Source: Planctomycetota bacterium
GTDB lineage: Bacteria > Planctomycetota > B15-G4 > SIAN01
Length of the DNA: 64,000 nt
Reading direction: 5' to 3'
Assembly: GCA_031409275.1 (NCBI GenBank)
Contig: JANNXA010000055.1
Coordinates: forward strand, 96,001-160,000
The first letter of the stretch is position 1, and each line of letters begins with the position of its first letter. The translations under genes and the position numbers were made by a program. Below, piece after piece: positions 56,518-64,000 of this stretch. The notes beneath the pieces were generated by a model. The model ran no database searches. It was not told the origin of the DNA and worked only from the letters and a program-made list of their open reading frames with translations.

Positions 56518-56555
56518 GGCAGCTCCAGTCGACGGCGAGTTCGGATGGACACTAG

Positions 56556-57314
56556 CTAGTGGCGCCGGCCCGGCGCGCGCTCCAACGCCGCCTCCGCACG
56601 GCGCGCGTCCGCAGCCCGTTGCTCGGAACGCACCTGCTCGAGCTGCTCTGCGACTTTTTCGCGCATCGCCACGTCGGTTGCGCCGCCTCGCAGTGCGCGC
56701 TCGCCCCCCGGGGCGCCGCCGCCCTCGTCCTCGCCGCTGCTCGAACCACCGGTCTTGCCTGGCGCGCCTACCGCCGCCCGCGCCGCCGCTGCGCCGGGCT
56801 TGAGCGGGCCGCGCGCTCCGCTGCGAGCGGCCGCCGCCGCCGCCGCTGCAGCCTCGCCCGCCCGCTCCCACGCCTTGTCGCCCTCCTCGGCAGCGCGCAG
56901 ACCGGCAACGACCCCCGCCAGGCTCGCCATCACTCCGGAGTCGCTCGAACGCTCGATCGCCAACTCCGCGAGCGCCGCACGGGCAAGTCGCAGGTCGGCC
57001 GCGATCGCGCCCCACTGAGCGCGCGCGTCGGCGACGGCTTTGGTGGTCGGCCGTCTCGGCGGCTCGCCAGGACGCGGCCGAACGCGCGCTCGCTCGAATC
57101 GCGTGCGCGCGAAATCGAAGGTCGCGGCCCGCGCCAGCGAACGATCGGGCGCGTCGCAAAGCGGCGCGAATCGATCCGCGGCCTGATCCCATTCGCCCGC
57201 CTCGGCCAGCGCCAACGCCTGCTCGAAGGCGTTCGAAAGCGACCCGGCGACTTCCTCACCCGGAGTTCCCGATCGCATCAGGAACACGCACAGCGACGTC
57301 AGCAGCGACCTCAT
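56556..57314 (-). CDS. TPR-containing protein (BatC-like)
   Basis: FEQALAL..AGEWDQA..RF, ATFDFA helical repeat, low-complexity tail; overlaps the upstream VWA gene. Confidence 0.6.
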   Translation of the reverse strand: MRSLLTSLCVFLMRSGTPGEEVAGSLSNAFEQALALAEAGEWDQAADRFAPLCDAPDRSLARAATFDFARTRFERARVRPRPGEPPRRPTTKAVADARAQWGAIAADLRLARAALAELAIERSSDSGVMASLAGVVAGLRAAEEGDKAWERAGEAAAAAAAAARSGARGPLKPGAAAARAAVGAPGKTGGSSSGEDEGGGAPGGERALRGGATDVAMREKVAEQLEQVRSEQRAADARRAEAALERAPGRRH

Positions 57315-58096
57315 GGCTCGCGACCTCCGAGGAAGTGGGCGGCCACGGCCAGCGCGAAGGCGAGCCAGGCGCAACCCGTGACCCACCGCTCTTTCGTCGT
57401 CGCCGATCCGGACCGCGTGCCCGCCGCCGCCAGCGCGCTGACTCGCTCCGGTCGCGCCTCGCTCCACTCGACGGCGTCGCCTCCCGAAGCAGGATCGGCC
57501 CGCGGCAATGCCGCCGGCGTCGACCGACCCAGAGGCGTCGCATCGATCCGATGTCCTTTCGCGCTCGCCTCGGCCAACAGCGGCGCGGGATCGCTTCCCT
57601 CCCACTCGCCATCGCTCAACAACCACAGCTCCTCGCCGCTGACCATCGTGGCCAGCGCCAGCGTCACGCCGGCTCCCGCGTCGCTGCCGGCGTCTGCGAT
57701 GCGCAGCGGGTCGAGTTCACCGACGAGTTCGAGCAGTGCGGCATGGTCCGCCGTCGGTGGCGCCACGGTCCACGCCGTTCCAGCGAACGCGACCACGCCG
57801 ACGCGGCGCCCCGCTTCACGCACGAGACGCGTCTTCAGGCATTCGATCGCTCGCTGCCAGCGCGTCGGCACTTCATCGGCGGCGAGCATGCTGCGCGACA
57901 GATCGAGCACGACCCGCAACGCCGGCGGCGCCGCGCCGCCCGCTGACGGCTGCGCCGAGCGCGGTCCCGCCAACGCGATGACGAGGAACGCGAGCGCCAG
58001 CGCCTCGCACCACGCCCGCGCTCCCCGCGCGCGCCACGCCAGCAGCGCGATCACCGCGAACAGCGCCCAGAACCAATGCGGTGCAGCGAAGCTCAT
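57311..58096 (-). CDS. VWA domain membrane protein (BatB-like, short)
   Basis: MSFAAP.W, ALAGPR, VLDLSRSM, VGVVAFAG, LLSDGE. Confidence 0.85.
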   Translation of the reverse strand: MSFAAPHWFWALFAVIALLAWRARGARAWCEALALAFLVIALAGPRSAQPSAGGAAPPALRVVLDLSRSMLAADEVPTRWQRAIECLKTRLVREAGRRVGVVAFAGTAWTVAPPTADHAALLELVGELDPLRIADAGSDAGAGVTLALATMVSGEELWLLSDGEWEGSDPAPLLAEASAKGHRIDATPLGRSTPAALPRADPASGGDAVEWSEARPERVSALAAAGTRSGSATTKERWVTGCAWLAFALAVAAHFLGGREP

Positions 58097-59061
58097 GGCA
58101 AGCTCCGCAGCCAGCGTCGCTCGACCGTGACCAGCAGGCACCAGCCGATCAACACGGCGACCCACAGGCCGTTGCCGAGCGGCTGCTCGATCACTCCTTC
58201 GCGGCGTTGCGTCGGTCGCTGCTCGAGCGCATCGATCGTCGCCCACGCGGATTGCAACGCGCTGGCATCGCGAGCGACGAACGCCGTCCCGCCGGTCGTG
58301 CTGGCGATCGATTCGAGCAGCTGCGTATCGACCGCCGGCCGGCCGCTGCCGAACTCCTCGCCGGCGCCCAGAGCGATGGGATAGACCCGTACCTGCTCGG
58401 CGCGACAGAAGTCGGCGCCTTCGAGCGGCTCGATCGGGCCGACGTTGTTGGCGCCATCCGTGACCAGGATCAGGACGCGCGTGCGGCCGCTGCCCGCGGC
58501 GAGGCGCGCAGCGCCGTCCGCCAGCGCCACACCGATTCCGGTGCGATCCTCCTCGCCAGCGGCCGCGACGGGCGCGGTCTGCGCGAGCATCGCCTCGAAC
58601 AGCGCATGGTCCCAGGTGAGCGGACAGCGCAGTCGTGGGTAGCGGGCGAAGGTGATCAAGCCGAGTCGATCACCGGGGCGACGTCCGGCGAAGGTACGCG
58701 CCGCTTCGCGCGCCGCGTCGAAGCGCCGGCTCGCAAACGACCCTGCGAGCGTCGCAGTCATCGACGACGAAGCGTCGAGCGCCACGAGCAGGTCGACGCC
58801 CGGGCGCTCGTCGGTCAGCGCGCGCCGAGCAAGTCGCGGATTCGCCAGCGCCAGCGCAAACAGGACGAGCAGCAGCGCGCGCAACGCGGGCCATGCGGCG
58901 GCGAGGCGGTCGAGCCGCGTGACGGGCAACCCGCCGAGCCACCCAAAATCGGCGAACGCCTCGCCTTTGGTCTGGCGCCGGCGGCGCGCGAACTCGGCGA
59001 CCAGCAGCAAGGGGAGCGTCGCAACGAAGAGCCACGGATCGGCGAAATCGAGCGCGCTCAT
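58093..59061 (-). CDS. VWA domain membrane protein (BatA-like)
   Basis: FADPW, ALANPR, LDASSSM, DRLGLITFA, PLTWD, TGIGVAL, VTDGANN. Confidence 0.88.
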   Translation of the reverse strand: MSALDFADPWLFVATLPLLLVAEFARRRRQTKGEAFADFGWLGGLPVTRLDRLAAAWPALRALLLVLFALALANPRLARRALTDERPGVDLLVALDASSSMTATLAGSFASRRFDAAREAARTFAGRRPGDRLGLITFARYPRLRCPLTWDHALFEAMLAQTAPVAAAGEEDRTGIGVALADGAARLAAGSGRTRVLILVTDGANNVGPIEPLEGADFCRAEQVRVYPIALGAGEEFGSGRPAVDTQLLESIASTTGGTAFVARDASALQSAWATIDALEQRPTQRREGVIEQPLGNGLWVAVLIGWCLLVTVERRWLRSLP

Positions 59062-59942
59062 CGATCGCCCTCGTCGAGCGCGTTGGCGAGGCGAACGCCG
59101 AGATCCGCCGCGAGGCGCGCGGCCCCGTCGGCGGCGAAGCGCGCGTGCTCGAGTTCGTCGAGCAGCTGCGACCAGCGCCCCTGCTGAGCGAGCGGCCACG
59201 CGCCAGCGCCGCTCGCTGCGAGCAGCTCCGGCAGCGTCCAGGCGTAGTCGCAGCGCTCGCTGCGCGTCATGAACTCGACGCGCAGCAACGCTTCCACGCG
59301 CGCGCCCCACACCCGGCGCGCTTCGAAGTCGGACGGCAGTGGCTCACGCAGCAGCGCTCGATCGCGGCCGGCTTCCGACGGCTCCGGTCGCGGCGCGCCC
59401 TGCGTGTGATCGCCGCGCCGCCGGCGAACGCCGTACACCCACGCGCTCACGACGGCGAGGAGGATCGCTCCGATCACGATCCGCTGGCGCCCCTTCGTTG
59501 GAGTCGGAGGCTCCCGCTCCGGGCGCCGCCATTCGGCAAACGGCGGCGGCGCAAAGCCTTCCGCCCACGGCGACTGCACGTCGACCTGGAACACTTCGCT
59601 TTCGAGGCGTTGCTCCGCGCCGTCCGCCATTCGCAGCACGAACGCGAAAGGCCCCGGATCGAAGCGACCCGGCGCGCATGCCTGCAGTCGCCAGATCAGC
59701 CGCGCGGTCCGGTCGGTTGCGTCAGCCGGAGAACTTGCCTGATCGAGCAGAACGAAGGCGGGATCGAGGTCGAGGCGTCCGCCCAGGCGCAGCGCCGCGC
59801 CGATCTCCGCTTCCGTTTCGAAGGTCCACTCGAGCTTCGCGCCGAGCGCGACGAGCGGAGGGTCGACCACCACGCGCGCCGTTCCCACCGAGCTCGCTTG
59901 CGCGGCGAACGCCAACACGACGGCGACGGTCGCGCCGCTCAT
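59058..59942 (-). CDS. hypothetical membrane protein of the Bat operon
   Basis: Signal, beta-rich domain, TM, helical tail; 4-nt overlaps with both neighbours. Confidence 0.65.
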   Translation of the reverse strand: MSGATVAVVLAFAAQASSVGTARVVVDPPLVALGAKLEWTFETEAEIGAALRLGGRLDLDPAFVLLDQASSPADATDRTARLIWRLQACAPGRFDPGPFAFVLRMADGAEQRLESEVFQVDVQSPWAEGFAPPPFAEWRRPEREPPTPTKGRQRIVIGAILLAVVSAWVYGVRRRRGDHTQGAPRPEPSEAGRDRALLREPLPSDFEARRVWGARVEALLRVEFMTRSERCDYAWTLPELLAASGAGAWPLAQQGRWSQLLDELEHARFAADGAARLAADLGVRLANALDEGDR

Positions 59943-60832
59943 CGCCGCCTCCGGATGGCGCGCCGGCGCGCCCACGCCAACACCGGCGCCAGCAGATCAC
60001 CGTCCGCGTCGAGTTCGACCCAGTCGGCGCCCAGCCGGCGCGCTCGCGCCGCCGCCGCCGCTCGCTCCGACTCGATCCGCTGCAGGAGAGCGGCGCGCAC
60101 GCGCGGGTTTCCCAGATCGACGACCCGCCGCGCGCCCCCTTCGGGGTCGTCGAAGCGCCAGCGACCGCTCGTCGGCAATCGCGCCACGAGCCCGGCTCGC
60201 AACGCCAGGAAGACGAGGTCGTGGCGCTTCGCGACGCGCGCCAGCGTGGCATCGCTCGCCGCGGCGTGCGCGTCGCTGACCACGAAGAGCAGGAGCGGGC
60301 GGCCACGAATGCGCATCACGCTGGCCAAGGTCGCATCGAGGTCGGTGGCGGGCGGAGCATCGTCGTACGCGAGCCACTGCGCCACCCACGCCAGCCACGC
60401 GGTCAATCCATGGCGCGGCGCGACCCATCGCAGCAGGTCGCCCGCGAAGATCCCGGCGCCGACCCGGTCGCCCGCCTGCGCCGCCGACCAGCCGATCACG
60501 GTCAGCAGCTCCGCCGCTGCAGCGCGCCACGGTCGCGTGCCGGCGGCCACCGCGGTGCTGCGCGATCCGTCGAGCAGCATCACGACCGACTGCTCGCGCT
60601 CCTCGTCGTATCGCTTCACCTGCAGACGGCCGCTGCGTGCCGTCACGTTCCAATCGATCGTGCGCGCATCGTCGCCGACGACATAGTCGCGCACCTCGGC
60701 GAACTCGACCCCGGCGCCGCGCACGGCGCTCGTCCATGCCCCGCCGAGTCCAGCGCGCACGGCTTCACGCGCACGCAGCTCCAGCGCGCGCACGGCGGCG
60801 ACCACGCGCGGATCGGGGGACGGCAGCGCCAT
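59939..60832 (-). CDS. DUF58 domain protein
   Basis: GVEFAEVRDY..GDD.R.IDWNVTAR, YDEERE, LDGSRS, VVSD. Confidence 0.92.
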   Translation of the reverse strand: MALPSPDPRVVAAVRALELRAREAVRAGLGGAWTSAVRGAGVEFAEVRDYVVGDDARTIDWNVTARSGRLQVKRYDEEREQSVVMLLDGSRSTAVAAGTRPWRAAAAELLTVIGWSAAQAGDRVGAGIFAGDLLRWVAPRHGLTAWLAWVAQWLAYDDAPPATDLDATLASVMRIRGRPLLLFVVSDAHAAASDATLARVAKRHDLVFLALRAGLVARLPTSGRWRFDDPEGGARRVVDLGNPRVRAALLQRIESERAAAAARARRLGADWVELDADGDLLAPVLAWARRRAIRRRR

Positions 60833-60844
60833 GGCCAACTCGGC

Positions 60845-61813
60845 TCAGGGCGCCGGCACGGTGCGCAACAGGTCGGCGAGCAGCTCGTCGACCGTGCGAC
60901 CCGCCGCTTCCGCCTCGAAGCTGAGCAACAGGCGATGGCGAAGCACGTCGGGCGCGAGTTCCTTGACGTCGCTTGGCGCCACGAACGCGCGACCGCGCAG
61001 CAACGCCAGCGCCTTCGCCGCCACCAACAGCGCCAGCGAGGCGCGCGGTGAGGCGCCCAGCCGCAATTCGCGGCGCGTCGGCTCGCGCGTCGCGGCGACG
61101 ATGCGCAGGACGTAGTCGTGGATCTCCGGCGCCGCGTGGATGCGATCGAGGAGCGCGCGCGCCGACAGCAGTTCCGCGCGCGTCGCCACCGCCTGCAGCG
61201 GGCGCGTCGCCGCGCCCCGTCCATGACGGCGCAGGATCTCCTCCTCTTCGCTGCGCTGCGGGTAGCCGAGCCGGACCTGGAACAGGAAGCGGTCGAGTTC
61301 CGCCTCCGGCAGCGGATAGGTCCCTTCGTGCTCGAGCGGGTTCTGCGTGGCGAACACGACGAACGGCACCGGCAGCGGCAGCGACTGCTCGCCGATGGTC
61401 ACTTGCCGCTCCTGCATCGCTTCGAGCAGAGCGCTCTGCACCTTGGGCGGCGCGCGGTTGATCTCGTCGGCGAGGACGAGCTCCGCGAAGAGCGGTCCGC
61501 GCCGCACGGTGAAGTCGCCGCTGCCCGGTCGGAACAGCTGCGTGCCGATGACGTCGGCCGGCAGCAGGTCGGGAGTGAACTGGATGCGCTTGAAGGCGAG
61601 TCCGCTGGCCTGCGCCAACGCCGCGACCGCGAGGCTCTTGCCGAGACCGGGGACTCCCTCGATCAGCGCGTGACCGTCGGCGAGCAGCGCGACGAGCAGT
61701 CGGCGCACGAGCAGCTGCTGCCCGACCAGCACCGTCCCCACTTCCGCCTCGATGTGGGCGAAGAGCTCTCCGGCGATCTCGATCTCGTGTTGCGCTGCGC
61801 TCTCTGCCGCCAC
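60845..61813 (-). CDS. MoxR family AAA+ ATPase
   Basis: EGVPGLGKS, RIQFTPDLLPAD, LADEINRAPPKVQSALLEAMQE, TQNP.E.EGTYPLPEA.LDRF, GASPR. Confidence 0.96.
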   Translation of the reverse strand: MAAESAAQHEIEIAGELFAHIEAEVGTVLVGQQLLVRRLLVALLADGHALIEGVPGLGKSLAVAALAQASGLAFKRIQFTPDLLPADVIGTQLFRPGSGDFTVRRGPLFAELVLADEINRAPPKVQSALLEAMQERQVTIGEQSLPLPVPFVVFATQNPLEHEGTYPLPEAELDRFLFQVRLGYPQRSEEEEILRRHGRGAATRPLQAVATRAELLSARALLDRIHAAPEIHDYVLRIVAATREPTRRELRLGASPRASLALLVAAKALALLRGRAFVAPSDVKELAPDVLRHRLLLSFEAEAAGRTVDELLADLLRTVPAP

Positions 61814-61817
61814 TCGT

Positions 61818-64000
61818 TCAGTGTCCGTTTCCAGCCCCGCCACCCGCGGCCTGAACCGACGTCGCCTCGCGCCAGCGCGCGGCGAGCGCCGCAATCACCG
61901 CAGGCTCGGCCTCGGTCGCCAGGCTGCCGAGCGAACGGCCGTGGATGGCTTCGAGCAGTTCGAGCGCGCTGCGTCGAACGAACCAGCGCGGATCCTCGAT
62001 GGCCGCGACGAACAAGCGCTGGAACGCCGCGTCGCGGTAGTCGCTGCCCGCAGGAACCACTGCCCCCGCCTCCTTCAACGCTGACAGGAAGTGGTCGAGG
62101 TGGCTCGCGCTCGGAGCGGCTTCATGCAGGGAACGAAACTTCCACGTCTCGGTTCCCGGATCGTGGCAGAAAAGGTAGGTCAGCAGCGTCTGCGCACGTC
62201 GGTGGGAGCGCTCCTCCTCGAGGTCGGCGAGCAGGACCGGAACGGCATCCATCTCGCCGAGGTCCGCGAGTCCATAGGCGGCTTCTCGCGCCAGGGCGCC
62301 CTGCTCTTCGGTGAGCAGTCGGCGCAATCGAGCGACCGCCAACGATCGCGGCAGCGCCTTGATCCCGGCCAGCGCCAGGCGGCCGATCGCTGCCGTGGTG
62401 CCGACCTCGCGCGCGATCCCTTCGAGCGCGGCCGCCGCCGCTTCGTCGCCACGCTTGGTGAGTCCTTCGAGCGCTGCCGCTGCCAGCGAGGTGTCGTCGC
62501 CGCGCACGGTCGCCACCAGCATCGCCAACGCGTCGTCGCGATGGGAGAGGCCGAGCCACCGCAGCGCTTCGGCACGGACCGCCATCGGCGCCGACTGCGC
62601 CTGCTCGAGCAGCAGTGCAACGCCCGCCTCGCCCCCTTGGCGCGCCAAGAGCGACAACGCCTTGCTGCGTACGCGCTCCTCGGCATCCGTGCGCGCGACG
62701 GCAACGAGCCGCTCGTCGTCGAAGCGAACCCCGTCGCGCTCGGCGATCGTCAACGCCGCAAGGCGCACGAGCGGTCGCGGGTCGTCGAGCGAACGCTCGA
62801 TCCGATTCATCCGCGTCACGGCGCTCACGATCAGGTCGAGCGCGGCGCCACCGCGAGGCGCGATCGCATCGACGACGCGATCGAACGCGTCGTCGCGATT
62901 CGTGGAGATCAGCAGTTCGATCACCTTCTGCGTCCGCGCGTCACCGAACGGGAGCTTGGCGAGCAATGCGGCCAGGCTGTCGATCTGCGTCGCACGGACG
63001 CTGCCACCGAGATCATCGATGCGCGCGAGCACGACGAAGGCCTGCCGCGCCGCCACCGGATCGTCCGAGGCCATCTGGGCCAGTGCCAGGTCGAGCAGTC
63101 GCGAGCGCCGCGCCGCCGCGTCCTCGTGCGTCGAGAACCACGCCTGCTCCTCCGCGAAGCGCGACGGGAAGGTGCCATCGAGCGGCAGCAGCAGCTGCCA
63201 GAGCGACGGCTCGACGGCGCGCCGAATCAGTCGTTCGAACTCGATGCCGCGCGCCTCTTCGGCCCGCAGCGCGACGACTCGCTCCTTGCCGCGCGACGTC
63301 AGTCGGAGCATTCGGTCGCCCGCGGCGGCAGGTTGCAGCTGGCGCGGCAGCTCCGCGTCGAGCAGGCCGGCGTCCTGCAGATGCGAGAGCAGGTCCCGCA
63401 TCGGTTCGGCCCCGAGGTAGATCGCGCCGGGACGCTGGCCCGACGCGATCGCGGTGCGCTGGTGCTCACCGCACACGATGACGTCGGTCTGCAGTTGCCC
63501 GGTCGCGTCCGCGCTCTGCACGGTCACGACCGCATCCTGCGCATCTTCATCGAGGACGAGCATTTGCAGCTCGCGACGCCCCTCGAAGCGCGCGGTCGGA
63601 TGGGCCGCGAACCACTCGCGCCAAGCCGGCACGCTCGGCCCGAGCCGCTCGCCCGTCAGCACCTCGAGGCAGGTGACGGCGGTCTTGAAGCAGAGTTCGA
63701 AGTCACCGAAGAAGCGGCCATTCACCACGACGTCGACGAGCGCCGGGACCACCTGTTCCTGCGTCACCGGGCCGTACGACTCGCTGCGGTAGCCGATCGT
63801 GCCGCAAACGACGCACGCCGTGGCCTGCAACAACGGGTCGCTCGTGCGCACCATCGGCAGGAATCGATCGAACAGCGCTTCCGGAAGCAGAGCGGTCGCG
63901 GTGCGCTGCTCATGTAGCACCAGCGCGAGCGCCGCGTGGAGGTTGCGCCGCTCCCGTTCACCGCCGGCGAGCCGAGCGAGCTCGGCCACGACCGCGGGGT
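61818..64000 (-). CDS. HEAT/PBS-repeat protein, 5' part outside the window
   Basis: Frame is open to the window edge; repeated DP..VR..AL, LL..E....REAA..L motifs. Confidence 0.8.
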   Translation of the reverse strand, partial: PAVVAELARLAGGERERRNLHAALALVLHEQRTATALLPEALFDRFLPMVRTSDPLLQATACVVCGTIGYRSESYGPVTQEQVVPALVDVVVNGRFFGDFELCFKTAVTCLEVLTGERLGPSVPAWREWFAAHPTARFEGRRELQMLVLDEDAQDAVVTVQSADATGQLQTDVIVCGEHQRTAIASGQRPGAIYLGAEPMRDLLSHLQDAGLLDAELPRQLQPAAAGDRMLRLTSRGKERVVALRAEEARGIEFERLIRRAVEPSLWQLLLPLDGTFPSRFAEEQAWFSTHEDAAARRSRLLDLALAQMASDDPVAARQAFVVLARIDDLGGSVRATQIDSLAALLAKLPFGDARTQKVIELLISTNRDDAFDRVVDAIAPRGGAALDLIVSAVTRMNRIERSLDDPRPLVRLAALTIAERDGVRFDDERLVAVARTDAEERVRSKALSLLARQGGEAGVALLLEQAQSAPMAVRAEALRWLGLSHRDDALAMLVATVRGDDTSLAAAALEGLTKRGDEAAAAALEGIAREVGTTAAIGRLALAGIKALPRSLAVARLRRLLTEEQGALAREAAYGLADLGEMDAVPVLLADLEEERSHRRAQTLLTYLFCHDPGTETWKFRSLHEAAPSASHLDHFLSALKEAGAVVPAGSDYRDAAFQRLFVAAIEDPRWFVRRSALELLEAIHGRSLGSLATEAEPAVIAALAARWREATSVQAAGGGAGNGH

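Noticed and set aside
56760..56860. GCC-rich repeats as a CRISPR array or VNTR
   Set aside because: They are poly-Ala/Gly codons within a CDS, with no repeat-spacer structure and no cas genes

Overview
A very GC-rich (about 70% by eye), densely coding core-genome segment. It is probably from a Planctomycetota/PVC bacterium, inferred from the prenyltransferase-repeat protein, FHA-Ser/Thr kinase, Bat/MoxR operon, LpxC-FabZ fusion and short EF-Ts. It carries housekeeping clusters (gap-pgk, rpe, tilS, yggS-kinase-yggU-pnp-like-purN, typA, gdhA, rpsB-tsf-pyrH-frr, bamA-skp-lpxC/fabZ-lpxA-ileS, glmU-prs-rplY-pth-rpsF-rpsR-rplI-dnaB, tatC-cinA, coaE), four U34 tRNAs (Leu-UAA, Glu-UUC, Lys-UUU, Gln-UUG), a heterodimeric ABC exporter and a MoxR/Bat operon. 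I saw no CRISPR array, IS element or prophage. The most striking observation is a gene at 54697-55443 split by one in-frame TGA (54781-54783) that is followed, after 11 nt, by a SECIS-like hairpin. Readthrough gives a candidate exported selenoprotein: signal peptide, YG-U-GPG-C, long Gly/Ser tether, thioredoxin-like fold. It converges on a second exported CxxC-less thioredoxin-like gene at the end of the Bat operon. Other notable items are a GVHH-motif IleRS2, an Hsp90 paralog with a helical-repeat partner, several apparent pseudo-enzymes, and a TM/coiled-coil/BRCT gene coupled to tatC. All family assignments come from motif recognition, not database searches.
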